Origin: Pelagibaculum spongiae
Lineage (GTDB): Bacteria; Pseudomonadota; Gammaproteobacteria; Enterobacterales; Pelagibaculaceae
Assembly (NCBI RefSeq): GCF_003097315.1
Contig: NZ_QDDL01000010.1
Coordinates: 41,969 to 105,968, forward strand
Direction of reading: 5' to 3'
Length of the DNA stretch: 64,000 nt
Shown: positions 10,299 to 21,184 of the stretch, one piece after another
Layout: each line of letters opens with the position of its first letter
Numbering within the stretch: position 1 is the first letter of the stretch
Position numbers and translations under genes: made by a program
Notes under the pieces: generated by a model
Seen by the model: only the letters and a program-made list of their open reading frames with translations
Database searches by the model: none
What the model was told of the DNA's origin: nothing

Positions 10299-11201
10299 CT
10301 ATGCTACCTTTTTGATTTGTCGTTGCGGTCTGCTTCCGTACAAATTAATCAGCGCACCGCTAATAATCAAACCCCCGCCGATCCAAGTCCAATAAGTCGG
10401 CAGTTCACTAAATAGCGCCCAGCCTAACAACATCGAAAAAATAACTTGAACATAGGAATACGCAGTTGCGCTACTCGCTGCTTCTGTTTGCATCGCTTTG
10501 GTTAAGCCGACTTGGCCGATCTGAGTGAAAATGCCAATCAATACCATCAAGCCAAGCACTTCCAGATTAGGCAGCACAAAATTGTCGGCCAGTAACAGTA
10601 GCAACATAGAAATTGGCAGAGCTATCAACGGGAAGTAAAAAATAATCACCGAGCTGTCTTCACTTCTACTTAGTTTTTTAACAATGACATAAGCCACCGC
10701 ACTGCCAAAAGCACCTAACAATGCTGCCATAACACTTATCAGCGGTAGTGACGCTGTCGCTTCAGAGATGACACCACCCAATATAAAGTCCGGCCGCACC
10801 ATGACCAGCAAGCCAGTAATGCACAGTAAAATACAAATAATCGTGGTTGGACGCACCCTCTCCTTTAGAAATACAAGTGCCAGAATTGCGGTAAATACCG
10901 GGTATAAATACTGCAAGATGGTCGCTTCAGCCAAAGGCAGGCTGGTCACCGCAAAATAAACACACATCAGCGCCAATGCTCCGGCACAGCCCCGAGCAAT
11001 CAACAATGGTTTATTGTTACCCCAGATTGATAACTTCTTACGCCGCACATCTACATAGCTAATCACTAGCGAGACAATTGCCCTGGCTGCAACAATTTCC
11101 AATACTGGAATACCATAGTTACCGACCACCTTTACACAAGCGGTCATTAAGGCAAACCCGAGTGCCGACAGCACCATATAACGTACACCAATGGATATCA
11201 T
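10299..11201 (-). CDS. EamA/DMT-superfamily transporter
   Basis: 300 aa, 10 TM, duplicated EamA-like halves. Confidence 0.7.
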   Translation of the reverse strand: MISIGVRYMVLSALGFALMTACVKVVGNYGIPVLEIVAARAIVSLVISYVDVRRKKLSIWGNNKPLLIARGCAGALALMCVYFAVTSLPLAEATILQYLYPVFTAILALVFLKERVRPTTIICILLCITGLLVMVRPDFILGGVISEATASLPLISVMAALLGAFGSAVAYVIVKKLSRSEDSSVIIFYFPLIALPISMLLLLLADNFVLPNLEVLGLMVLIGIFTQIGQVGLTKAMQTEAASSATAYSYVQVIFSMLLGWALFSELPTYWTWIGGGLIISGALINLYGSRPQRQIKKVA

Positions 11202-12322
11202 TGAAACCTGCTAGATTGGAAAAAGAGCCAATAAAATAAAATAACGTAATGCGAATATAAGCTTGAACGGGAAACAAACATTTCAGAAATTATATCATTT
11301 CAAGCCTTAAAAACTGCCGCCATTGTATTCAGTTTGAGCGTCATAACAAGCTTTACTATTACCAATGCTTATTTCAAAACATTGGTAGCAGTGAAACCAC
11401 ACTGTCATCCTTTGCTTTTCAAACAAGCAAGATACCAATGGAAAACACTCCCTTTCTTGCCAAAGCTGGCATGTTGCTCGGTTTAATCATCGGCAGAATG
11501 TTAGGCGCTGATATTTGATGCATTGCAATGGGTTTGGGCGGGCTTTGGCTAGGAAATGTAATTAGCGCGATTATTTCTGGCGAAATCATCTCTTATATAG
11601 AAATCACCTGGGAGTCAGATGTTCGATATCAACGAGCGACACAGCCTTTCTCTTTTTGGCTTAATCTATTGATCGAATTTTTTGTGGGTGTAGTTGCAAT
11701 TTCTAGTACTTTTCCCAAAGACTTATATAAAGACTAAAAAAACGCCAACTACTGTTGATGCAGTAAAAGTGTCACCATGCTCGATGCTAAGCCAAATAAA
11801 TAAATAAAATAATTTACTTGTCTCTCTTAAGACTCATTTTGAACATGTAAATAGAATCGTAAATCAATCATGTTCGGCAACGCTCAAAATTCATATGATC
11901 AATCAACCACAAGAACCCCTGTAAAACTCCAGTTTAGTTGTGCAGGTGTTATTTATGTTTTTTGAGTTTCCTTAGTGCTCAATCTTTTCATTAAATCACT
12001 CTGAAAACATGGTTATGAGCGCTTACCATAGCTTCGCACTACGATTGATTTGTTGCGAAAGATTCTCATTTGCTTATGCCGAAATAATCTATCACAGAAA
12101 CTACATTCAAAACTTTAACTATTTCAATAGCAATTAGAAAAACCTAATGCAAAGAAGCACCTAACAAGAAAATATGTCGCATTATTTGTGATGACGAGCC
12201 AATAGTTTCAAAGCACACTGCGCGCAGCTTGTCACTTCATTAATAGCGCACACATATATCAGCTTGTCTTATTGATAACTGAGTGCAAGAACATTGACCT
12301 TAACTTCAGGAATAATCACCCT

Positions 12323-13318
12323 ATGAAAATCAAGCCTGTTTCAATTTTTGCTGCTGCTTTGCTTGCTAACACGCCTGCAATGGCTGAAGGTTTGAAAATT
12401 CAAAATAGCGACCTTAACCTTCAGTTTGGAGGTCGAATTCAATATGATTACAACCGTTCAGAAGAAAATAATCAGGTTGATGAAGATGATTTTAATTTAC
12501 GACGTGGTCGCCTTTTTGTGAAAGGAAATATCTCTGAAAACTGGTCATTTAAAACCCAATTTAATGTAGATGGAAGCGGCGCTGAAGATTTATACCTTCG
12601 CTATAACGGTTTCGATTCAGGCCAGACAATTACAATTGGTAACCAGAATATGCCATTTGGCTTGGAAGAGCTTACTTCTTCTAAAGATATTAGCGTATTG
12701 GAACGTTCTGCTATTACCGAACTATTTGCAGTAGGTAAAGCAGAAGGCATTCAATTTAACGGTGCTCTTGGCAACCAAACTTATGCACTGGGATTGTTTA
12801 CAGATAATGACGTTGACTCAGAAAAAGGCTTTGCAGCTCGCTATACTTTTTCTCCAGTAAAAACTCAGAGTAGTGTTTTGCATTTAGGCGTCGCTTATAA
12901 AAACATCTCTGATGATCAAGCACTAGGGCTTGAAGCAGCTTTCGCCACTGGGCCATTTCATATACAGGCTGAATACACAGACGGTACTACTGAATCTAAC
13001 AATGATGCCAGCGGGTACTATGTTCAGGCGGGCTATATTTTTACGGGAGAAACCCGTCCTTATAAAGGTGGAAAATTCAAGCGAGTATCTCCCAGCAGCA
13101 AGAGTGGTGCCTGGGAGGCGGTTGCCCGTTACGAAGATGGTGACGGAAACCATAGCGATATCGAACTGGGTACAACCGATGCAACGGCTTACACTATCGG
13201 ATTAAATTACTACGCAAACAAAAATGTACGTTTAGGCATTAATTATACCGATGGTGAAGATAATAACAGCAACGATACCGGTAATGAGCTACGTCTGCGC
13301 TTCCAAGTAACATTTTAA
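12323..13318 (+). CDS. outer-membrane porin, phosphate-selective porin O/P-like
   Basis: Signal peptide MKIKPVSIFAAALLANTPAMA. Beta-barrel with alternating residues. C-terminal ...LRLRFQVTF. The ORF start is trimmed to the ATG preceding the signal peptide. Confidence 0.65.
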   Translation: MKIKPVSIFAAALLANTPAMAEGLKIQNSDLNLQFGGRIQYDYNRSEENNQVDEDDFNLRRGRLFVKGNISENWSFKTQFNVDGSGAEDLYLRYNGFDSGQTITIGNQNMPFGLEELTSSKDISVLERSAITELFAVGKAEGIQFNGALGNQTYALGLFTDNDVDSEKGFAARYTFSPVKTQSSVLHLGVAYKNISDDQALGLEAAFATGPFHIQAEYTDGTTESNNDASGYYVQAGYIFTGETRPYKGGKFKRVSPSSKSGAWEAVARYEDGDGNHSDIELGTTDATAYTIGLNYYANKNVRLGINYTDGEDNNSNDTGNELRLRFQVTF

Positions 13319-13358
13319 TCAATAGCTTGGTCAATATTCTATTGTGTCAAAATAGACA

Positions 13359-13384
13359 ACCACCAGCTAAGGCTGGTGGTTGCT
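13359..13384. terminator. bidirectional rho-independent terminator between the porin gene and the fdh-associated operon
   Basis: caaccaccagc TAAG gctggtggttg, a perfect 11-bp stem. Confidence 0.6.
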
Positions 13385-13405
13385 ATCTACCAAATGAAAA
13401 GGTAA

Positions 13406-14374
13406 TTAACGACAACCGCAACCACCGTTGCCATCACAACCTTCTTTTTCTTCACCACAGTTTGAAGCTGCGTGCCCCATATCGAGTGGACTTTCTGGTG
13501 CTCTAATGGCTTTTTCTTTAACCACCAATTCACCTAATTGATCCCAGCGATAAGTCGGGCCATCAACGCATACTAAGTGATCGGCCATATAGCAGTGACC
13601 ACACAAGCCAACGCCACAGTGCATTCTGCGTTCTAGCGATAACCAGATGTGATCTGCCGGAAAACCTTTGCCTTCCATAATCCGGCAAACTGCCAACATC
13701 ATGCCTTCAGGGCCACAGGTAATTACATGGTCAAATGGACCATCGTCTTGAATGATCTGATCTAGGTTATCGGCCAATTGGCGACCAGCTAGATAAGACT
13801 TGCTCGCGCCACTACAGTCATCGACCGCTTCATAAAGTTTGCATTGCTCTTGCCAGCGCTCACGCTCTTTTTTCATTACCAGCATGGCTTCATTTCTGGC
13901 TGAGAAATAAACCACTGGCTCGGCAGATGCCTCAATTAATGCATCTACTTTTGCTGCTACTGGCGCTAAACCACAACCACCAGCAATAACTAATACTTTT
14001 TTATCTTTAAGATTTGGCCAGCCCTGACCCATTGGGCCTCGGCCACCGACCATGGCACCTGGTTCCAATTCAAACAGCGCATCTGTCAGCTCACCAATTT
14101 TACGGATCAGGCAGTGAAAATGACCGTTTTCATCAGGCATACTGGCATAAGTAAATGCTGCTTCACCGGCATTTGGAATCGTCAGCATCATAAACTGACC
14201 CGGCTGGACCTTATTGATATTGCATAGATCCGGCATTTCATCTTTGTTTAGACTCTCTCCCTCGTTAAAGGGCGCAAAAGTGAAATGACACAGATCTTCG
14301 CCGTCCTGATATTTATCAACAATGCGCATTAACGCAGGCGTGTGATCGATCAGTTGTTGCTTATGCATTAGCAA
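13406..14374 (-). CDS. FAD/NAD(P)-binding 2Fe-2S oxidoreductase subunit (HydG/AsrB/PyrK-like)
   Basis: Ferredoxin-NADP-reductase-like fold. C-terminal CGVGLCGHCYMADHLVCVDGP cluster. Last gene of the fdh operon. Confidence 0.7.
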   Translation of the reverse strand: MLMHKQQLIDHTPALMRIVDKYQDGEDLCHFTFAPFNEGESLNKDEMPDLCNINKVQPGQFMMLTIPNAGEAAFTYASMPDENGHFHCLIRKIGELTDALFELEPGAMVGGRGPMGQGWPNLKDKKVLVIAGGCGLAPVAAKVDALIEASAEPVVYFSARNEAMLVMKKERERWQEQCKLYEAVDDCSGASKSYLAGRQLADNLDQIIQDDGPFDHVITCGPEGMMLAVCRIMEGKGFPADHIWLSLERRMHCGVGLCGHCYMADHLVCVDGPTYRWDQLGELVVKEKAIRAPESPLDMGHAASNCGEEKEGCDGNGGCGCR

Positions 14375-15398
14375 TTGCCTCCATCACTGAATGTACTCCG
14401 ATGGAGCCAGGACAGGTTACTTCACAGCGACCACAACCGACGCAGCCATAGCTGTCATCCATGCGGGATGCGATATCATCAGAAAATTTATGGAACCAGA
14501 AACGTTGAACCCTCTTGCCAGAAGCTTGCGTTGGGTTAGCGCCACTAGCTTCTTTTTGAAAGCCTTCCATTAAGCAAGAATCCCAGAAACGCTCACGCAC
14601 ATAACCGGTGGGTGTTTTAATATCTTCAACCGCATAACAACTGCAGCTTGGACAAACCATGGTACAGCCCGAGCAGCTTAGGCACTGAATACCTAACTTG
14701 TCCCATAATTCATCAGGAATGGCACGCGCATTTAAGCGGCGAATACCGTTTAATAATTGAGTGTCATTAGGGAAAGATGCCTTGGCACGTTTTTCGGTCA
14801 ATTTGCGCCAATAATCCCAACCTTCCTCTGCTAATTTAAGGTTCATTCCCCAAATTGCATGTTCACCTGCCTGGCTGTTACAGCCTAACCACCAGCCCGC
14901 TTGCTCACCGGCAACTGAAGGCATTGGAATTAAAACCAAGTCTGCCGTGCCGTCACGTACCGTTGGGCCTGCATCGACTGTTGGGCAAAAACCACCTTCG
15001 CAAGGCGCGTGGCAATCAATACCAACCAACAAAGTTTGACGACGGCGCGCCTGGTAATTTGGGTCGGTAGCGAAATGCTTATCTTGATAAGCAATCGCTT
15101 TTAAATCACAGGCTTTAACACCAAATAAAACCCGCTTTTCTATACGAGGAATAATCGGTTTAAATGTTGGGTTTTCTGCACCAGCTTCAAAACGGAATAA
15201 ATCTTCACGCTCGGAGAAAAAGAAATCTTTTGGCGACATTAATGGACGTAATTCGTCATCGAATTCTTCAACTGCACCATGGGCAATTGGTTGCCAGCTA
15301 CCATTGCCAGTTGCATCCATGACTGGTTGAAAAACTTCTCGCTCTTCAGATAACCAATTACGTAAAAATTCTGGTCGCTCCAGTTTATAAACTTTCAT
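14361..15398 (-). CDS. 4Fe-4S dicluster subunit (sulfhydrogenase HydB / AsrA-like)
   Basis: Multiple CxxCxxC motifs (CLSCSGCTMVCPSCSC; CVGCGRCEVTCP). Overlaps both neighbours. Confidence 0.7.
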   Translation of the reverse strand: MKVYKLERPEFLRNWLSEEREVFQPVMDATGNGSWQPIAHGAVEEFDDELRPLMSPKDFFFSEREDLFRFEAGAENPTFKPIIPRIEKRVLFGVKACDLKAIAYQDKHFATDPNYQARRRQTLLVGIDCHAPCEGGFCPTVDAGPTVRDGTADLVLIPMPSVAGEQAGWWLGCNSQAGEHAIWGMNLKLAEEGWDYWRKLTEKRAKASFPNDTQLLNGIRRLNARAIPDELWDKLGIQCLSCSGCTMVCPSCSCYAVEDIKTPTGYVRERFWDSCLMEGFQKEASGANPTQASGKRVQRFWFHKFSDDIASRMDDSYGCVGCGRCEVTCPGSIGVHSVMEAIANA

Positions 15399-17521
15399 TA
15401 TGCAACCACTCCTGATGCCGCTTCTTCTGCCGCAAGGTTTTCTAACTTGATCACCTGAATTGATCTTGGCTCTACGCCCGCTGGCAATGCGGTTACTTTA
15501 ACTGCACAAGCTTTTAATTCAGGCATTTTAGTGATCGGATCTTGTACGTCGTTGGTCAACTGATTCGATGGCGTATCATTAAAGTGATACGGCATGCTGA
15601 CTAAGCCTTGTGGCAATTCTTCAATCAGAACCACTCGCGTTTCTAAATAACCACGGCGTGAACTTACCGATACCGGCGCATGGTTATACAAGCCCATGTT
15701 GGCACCATCTTGCAGGTTCATGAACAACACGCCTTTTGGTGTTTCACGTTCCAAAATCGGTGATTTACGCGTCATCGAACCACAACCATAATGGAAGTGC
15801 AGACGAATCGTCGTCAAATAGAAAGGGAAATCAGCATCTGGATTTTCTGCAGGTGGCAACCAGTTCAGCGGAATTAATTGCGCTTTACCAATGGGAAATT
15901 CTTTGCGATGTAATACGCGGCTTCCCTGAGGTTTTTCTCGCGTGCAGGGCCATTGCAGACCATGGTTTTCTGCTAAGCGTGGATAGCTCATTTCTGAATA
16001 AATAGGCGTTAAACCAACTAATTCATCAAATACTTCTTCAGCAGCATTCCAGTCCATGCCGCCAATACCAAACTTTTCGGCTAAAAGGCCCATCATTTGC
16101 CAATCAGTTTTACACTGGCCCATTGGCTCAACGGCTTTACGAATTCTTTGAACTCGGCGCTCACAGTTAGAAAAAGTACCGTCTTTTTCGGCAAAACTAG
16201 CCGCGGGTAAAATCACATCAGCAAACTTGGCAGTCTCCGTCATCACCATTTCAACAACCACTAAAAAATCTAGCTTGCGTAATGCTTTTTCTACTTGGTT
16301 TTGATCTGGGTCGGTCACGACAGGGTCTTCGCCAAACACCATCATGCCCATGAACTGGCCTTGCATGGCCGATTCCAACATACCCAAAGAAGTCATACCG
16401 GGCTTGTTAGCGACCGAAGTGCCCCAGGCTTCAGAGAATTTTTTCTGAACCGCTGGATCATTAGCATTCTGATAACCCGGATAAACACCCGGCAAAGCAC
16501 CCATATCACAGGCACCTTGAACATTGTTTTGGCCACGCAGCGGGTTAATACCTGCGCCGCTTTTACCGACTTGGCCACACACTAATGCTAGGTTCGAAAT
16601 CGACATAACATTGTTAGTGCCGGTGGCATATTGGGTCACACCCATGCCGTAAGCTAAAAATGCAGCACGTGCTTTTGAATAAATTCGAGCAGCCTGAATT
16701 AATTGATCAACAGGCACGCCGGTAATTTCACTGACTTTTTTCGGCGTATATTGTGAAACTTGCTTGCGCAATAAATCTTCTTGTTCGCAACGGGCATCGA
16801 GGAATTCACGATCTTCCCAACCACGATCAAAAATAATATTTAAAAGACCATTAATTAAAGCAACGTTAGTACCGAGCTTTAATTGTAAATGGACATCAGC
16901 TAATTTAGCTAAACGGGTTTGCCGTGGATCAACCACCACCAGCATTGCACCACGTTCTTTAGCGCGAATCATTTCGCTACCAATAATGCAGTGGCTTTCA
17001 GTTGGGTCACAACCAAAAATCACCACCACGTCGGCTTTTTCAATATCGCCGATGCTATTGGTCATCGCGCCTTCACCGAGGGTGCGAGATAAACCAGCAA
17101 CCGAAGGGCTATGACAAATTCGTGCACAATGGTCGATATTATTGGTTTTTAATACCGCACGGCCGAATTTTTGAATCGCGTAATTATCTTCATTGGTTGC
17201 ACGGGCACAGCTCACCATTCCTACCGCTTGCGGACCATGGGAGTCGAGATAACTACTGAACTGCTCATGAATCAGATCTAGCGCTTCATCCCAACTCGCC
17301 TCACGAAAGCTTTTACCTTCACGAATTAATGGCGTGGTAATACGATGCTTGGGGCCGACACCAAAAGCAGTACTCCAACCTTTAGAACAAAGTCGACCTT
17401 TACTGATCGGATGATTTTTAATCGGTTCAACGCCAACGACTTGCCCGTCGCGGGTACGCAGACCAATGCCGCAGCCAGTGCCGCAAAATGGGCAGATCGA
17501 CGGGATGGTTTTAGTGGCCAT
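15398..17521 (-). CDS. fdhA: formate dehydrogenase catalytic subunit, molybdopterin, Cys-type (FdhF-like)
   Basis: N-terminal CPFCGTGCG...C. Active-site segment HCARICHSPSVAGL aligns to E. coli FdhF HCARVUHGPSVA with Cys in place of Sec. No in-frame TGA. Start trimmed to MATKT. Confidence 0.85.
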   Translation of the reverse strand: MATKTIPSICPFCGTGCGIGLRTRDGQVVGVEPIKNHPISKGRLCSKGWSTAFGVGPKHRITTPLIREGKSFREASWDEALDLIHEQFSSYLDSHGPQAVGMVSCARATNEDNYAIQKFGRAVLKTNNIDHCARICHSPSVAGLSRTLGEGAMTNSIGDIEKADVVVIFGCDPTESHCIIGSEMIRAKERGAMLVVVDPRQTRLAKLADVHLQLKLGTNVALINGLLNIIFDRGWEDREFLDARCEQEDLLRKQVSQYTPKKVSEITGVPVDQLIQAARIYSKARAAFLAYGMGVTQYATGTNNVMSISNLALVCGQVGKSGAGINPLRGQNNVQGACDMGALPGVYPGYQNANDPAVQKKFSEAWGTSVANKPGMTSLGMLESAMQGQFMGMMVFGEDPVVTDPDQNQVEKALRKLDFLVVVEMVMTETAKFADVILPAASFAEKDGTFSNCERRVQRIRKAVEPMGQCKTDWQMMGLLAEKFGIGGMDWNAAEEVFDELVGLTPIYSEMSYPRLAENHGLQWPCTREKPQGSRVLHRKEFPIGKAQLIPLNWLPPAENPDADFPFYLTTIRLHFHYGCGSMTRKSPILERETPKGVLFMNLQDGANMGLYNHAPVSVSSRRGYLETRVVLIEELPQGLVSMPYHFNDTPSNQLTNDVQDPITKMPELKACAVKVTALPAGVEPRSIQVIKLENLAAEEAASGVVA

Positions 17522-18016
17522 AATTTGTCCGTGCTGATAATTCACATATACCCCATCCATGGGCAGAGCAATCCGGGATAATGGATGCAATCATGGCAGG
17601 GCAGGTTTATGGAAAGACCAAACTAAACCAGCAGTCATAGCAGCAGCCTTGACCAAAATCATCAGATATTGTTTCAGCTTCAAAGAACCTTTAACTACCT
17701 CTATTGAGATATTTCCTTTTGGCATCAAGGGTTAAAAGATGCATCCAACTTTACTTTTTCAAGCGAATCCGCAAACCTCAAACGAACGCATAAAACGAAC
17801 ATTTGCGATAACAAACGATACAAACGAAGCTTTGTCGCACCAATAATCGCTTTATCTTTTTTTGTTTCCAAATTTGTCAGTCCAATGATACTGATAAAAA
17901 AATAAGCCGGAAAATTACAAAAAGTCACAATTAAATGGTCATACCGGGCAGTTGACCAATCGGATTTCTATTTAAAAAATACCTTTACTAGATGCCAAAT
18001 CATTAAGAAGCCATCA

Positions 18017-18763
18017 ATGAAAACACTGGAAATTGTTTCACTCAAAGAAATACCTGAAGTGCATAGCCATGACTACCATCAATTAGTGGCTCCGCTCTCA
18101 GGCAGCGCAGAATTTGAAATTGCTGAATTATCGGGTCGATTAGATAGTGGCCGTGGCTGTATTTTGCCTAGCATGGTCAGGCATGGCTTTGCGGGTGATG
18201 GCTCTAACCGGATATTATTGATTAATCTCCCAACCAACATGGTAGCGGTTGAGCACCAAGCGATTTTCCGGCATTACGGCTGGTTTACTATTGATGCCGG
18301 GTTAATGCAGCTACTAGCTGCCACCCACCATGAACTCACGCTATTTCCCAATGACAAGCATTTACAATCCAGTCTGGTCGATTGTCTATTACGCGGTTTA
18401 AATTTACGATTTGCTAACAATAAACAAATCAGCAGCAAAATGGATATGCAGGCGATTACCGATTACTTAGCACGCAATCTTGACCGAGCAATTCACGTTG
18501 CAGATTTGGCAAGGCTGGCTTGTTTAAGCGAGAGTCAATTTCATTCACAATTTCGTAAAACCCACCAATCGACACCGCACCAGTATTTGCTGCAGCTGCG
18601 GTTAAACTATGCTTGCGATCTGTTAAAAGAAAATGACACCAGCATCGCTAATATCGCCCAGCTTTCCGGTTTTTCCAGCCAATGCGCATTGACCCATGCG
18701 ATGAAGAAGTATTTAGGAGTTTCACCGGGCAAGTATCGACAGCGAGTTCAAGGCGAAGCGTAA
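18017..18763 (+). CDS. AraC-family transcriptional regulator (cupin N-domain + AraC HTH)
   Basis: C-terminal AraC HTH (IANIAQLSGFSSQCALTHAMKKYLGVSPGKYR). Confidence 0.8.
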   Translation: MKTLEIVSLKEIPEVHSHDYHQLVAPLSGSAEFEIAELSGRLDSGRGCILPSMVRHGFAGDGSNRILLINLPTNMVAVEHQAIFRHYGWFTIDAGLMQLLAATHHELTLFPNDKHLQSSLVDCLLRGLNLRFANNKQISSKMDMQAITDYLARNLDRAIHVADLARLACLSESQFHSQFRKTHQSTPHQYLLQLRLNYACDLLKENDTSIANIAQLSGFSSQCALTHAMKKYLGVSPGKYRQRVQGEA

Positions 18764-18834
18764 CCAACCAATAATTTGGAAATTTTAGTTTGACAACTTA
18801 AATTCATTACTCCTTTACTTTGCCACCGAGCAGG

Positions 18835-20412
18835 CTAAGTATTTGCAAGCAATTTAATTGAGTGTTCAAGCACCGCTACTTTATTTTTTATTTCTTCCTG
18901 TGGACTATTAGCAAATCCCAGCACCAAACCATATTCCTTAACACTGCCAAAATAATAACGACTTAATCGGGAATGAAAAACTTGCGCTTTTAGCAAGCTA
19001 CTGGATAGATCCGCTTCAAACTCCAAATTAGAAAAACCAGGTTTTAGCTGCAACACAACGTGCATTCCTGAGCCGCTATCGCTGACATCAAACCACTGCT
19101 TTAGGCTTTCACAGCAAGCTTGCATATGTTGCAGTTTTGCTGCGTAACTTTGACGACTCTTACGAAGGTGGCGCGCAAAATGTCCTTGCTGAATAAATTC
19201 AGCGGTTATTTTTTGGTTATGCAGCGGTGTTTCACCCGAATGAACATTTTTGGCTGCAACAAATACTGGCATCAAATCCTGCGGCAACACCAAATAACCT
19301 AGTCGTAATGATGGGAATAATACTTTGCTGAAGGAGCCCATATAGATCACTCGCTGATGATGATCTATACCCTGCAAGCTGGCTAATGGGCGAGACCGGT
19401 AGTGATACTCACTGTCATAATCATCTTCAACCACCCAGCAATCATGCTGGTTAGCCCATTCTAACAATGCCATTCGGCGCTCTAGCGGCATGACCGCACC
19501 GGTCGGGTATTGGTGGGTTGGTGTGCAATAAAGCAATCGGGTTTTAGCATCGGTTAATGCTGTTAACTGATTCACTTTAATACCCTGCTGATCAACCGAG
19601 CAGGTTTTTAATTGCGCCCCAGCCGACAACAAAGCGTGACGAGCACCCAAATAACCCGGCTCTTCAATAATCGCGTTATCTTCAGGTTGAATTAACAGTC
19701 GAGAAGTTAAATCCAGAGCTTGTTGCGCACCATTAGTAATCAAAATTTGCTCAGGATTACATATTACCGAGCGAGCACTCTTTAAATATTCAGCAATGGC
19801 CGCCCTTAATTCTGGTAATCCCTGGGGGTCGGAATAACCCATTAATGAAATCAGACTTTTGCTAGGAATTTGTTGAGACAACCGGTTCCAAATTTTATGA
19901 GGAAAGTTTGCAAGATCAGGCACACCTACGGCAAAGCCCGTACCAGCACTTCCATCAGCACCACTATTAGTAACAACGGGAATGGTTCGGCCATATTTTA
20001 CAGCATTGTTATCGGGTAATTTTCTATTGACTGAAACTGGCTTTGAATCGGCAACCGTTATTGAGTCAGCCAAGCGGCGCGCCTCAATCCAATTCTCCGG
20101 CAGCTGGCGAGCAACAAAAAAACCAGCACCCACTCGTGATTCCAAATAGCCTTCAGCTTGCAGCTGCTGATAAGCGCTAATTACCGTATTCCTTGAAATG
20201 GCCAACTCTTTTGCTAGCACCCTTGAGGAAGGTAAACGCATAGCATTGGTCAGATAACCATTGAGGATTTTCTGCCTCAGCCCTTGGTAAAGCTGCTGGT
20301 GCAAAGGCATATCTGCCCGCTTATCAAGACCCAAAACATGCATCTCTAGCAATGACTGCTTCATAAATTGGTACCTATTAAATTTACAAATCGGATCTAC
20401 TGAAGGCTCCAA
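18835..20412 (-). CDS. MocR/PdxR-type regulator (GntR HTH + class-I aminotransferase-like domain)
   Basis: GntR HTH LPSSRVLAKELAISRNTVISAYQQL. PLP-fold C-domain with the catalytic-lysine region SFSKVLFPSLRLGY. The true start may be an internal ATG. Confidence 0.8.
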   Translation of the reverse strand: MEPSVDPICKFNRYQFMKQSLLEMHVLGLDKRADMPLHQQLYQGLRQKILNGYLTNAMRLPSSRVLAKELAISRNTVISAYQQLQAEGYLESRVGAGFFVARQLPENWIEARRLADSITVADSKPVSVNRKLPDNNAVKYGRTIPVVTNSGADGSAGTGFAVGVPDLANFPHKIWNRLSQQIPSKSLISLMGYSDPQGLPELRAAIAEYLKSARSVICNPEQILITNGAQQALDLTSRLLIQPEDNAIIEEPGYLGARHALLSAGAQLKTCSVDQQGIKVNQLTALTDAKTRLLYCTPTHQYPTGAVMPLERRMALLEWANQHDCWVVEDDYDSEYHYRSRPLASLQGIDHHQRVIYMGSFSKVLFPSLRLGYLVLPQDLMPVFVAAKNVHSGETPLHNQKITAEFIQQGHFARHLRKSRQSYAAKLQHMQACCESLKQWFDVSDSGSGMHVVLQLKPGFSNLEFEADLSSSLLKAQVFHSRLSRYYFGSVKEYGLVLGFANSPQEEIKNKVAVLEHSIKLLANT

Positions 20413-20466
20413 TTAGCTTATAACATTCAGTTATCAGCAACAAGATAGACAGATAGGAAGCAACCG

Positions 20467-21159
20467 ATGAGCCAACTAGAAGTGACCGAAAAAACCAGAA
20501 TCCGTAGAGGTCCAAAGCGAGCAGTATTTGACCGCGCTATTTTAGAACAGGTTTTTAATCAGGCGCATGTCGCCCACGTTGGTTTTATTCAAGATGATCC
20601 ATCGGGAGAAGGTTTATCGGGAAAAATCCAGCCATTTGTCATTCCAATGCTTTGCTGGATTGATGGCGATTTATTATATGTCCACGGTGCCAGTTCCAGC
20701 CGCATGATAAAAACACTCACGGGTGGCAGCGAAGCTTGCGTCACTGCGACTATTCTCGATGGAATGGTACTGTCAAAAAGCGCTTTTCATCATAGCGCTA
20801 ATTACCGCAGCGCAATGGTTTTCGGGCAATTCTTTTTAATTGAAAATCCAATAGAAATTAACCGCCAATATAAAATATTTATGGAAAGAATTGCACCCGG
20901 CCGCTGGGATGAAGTTCGCCCACCATCAGAGATTGAATTAAAAGCGACTAAAATGCTGGCAATTAAACTGGACCAAGCATCGGTAAAAGTCCGCAGCGGT
21001 GGCCCCAACGAAGATAAAGAAGACTTGGATATACCGGCATGGACCGGTGAAATGGTCATCAAGCACCCGCTAACAGCGATGGTCGCTGACCAGCATTCAA
21101 CAGATGGGATAAAGGTACCGGATTATAGTGAGGCTTGGGATGATCGCTGGAGGGTGTGA
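20467..21159 (+). CDS. pyridoxamine-5'-phosphate-oxidase-like FMN-binding protein
   Basis: Split-barrel PNPOx-like family. Divergently transcribed from the MocR regulator, the typical pdxR-type arrangement. The 3' ~315 bp is duplicated downstream. Confidence 0.65.
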   Translation: MSQLEVTEKTRIRRGPKRAVFDRAILEQVFNQAHVAHVGFIQDDPSGEGLSGKIQPFVIPMLCWIDGDLLYVHGASSSRMIKTLTGGSEACVTATILDGMVLSKSAFHHSANYRSAMVFGQFFLIENPIEINRQYKIFMERIAPGRWDEVRPPSEIELKATKMLAIKLDQASVKVRSGGPNEDKEDLDIPAWTGEMVIKHPLTAMVADQHSTDGIKVPDYSEAWDDRWRV

Positions 21160-21184
21160 AGTTTAACTTTCAATACTTTTAAAG

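Noticed and set aside
17000-17100. Selenocysteine (TGA) recoding in the formate dehydrogenase
   Set aside because: The active-site position carries a Cys codon (ICHSP) and the reading frame is uninterrupted, so no Sec or SECIS is needed.
20802-21062. 86-aa ORF antisense in the PNPOx gene and its twin at 22541..22774
   Set aside because: The same antisense frame is reproduced by the duplication, with no independent coding evidence.
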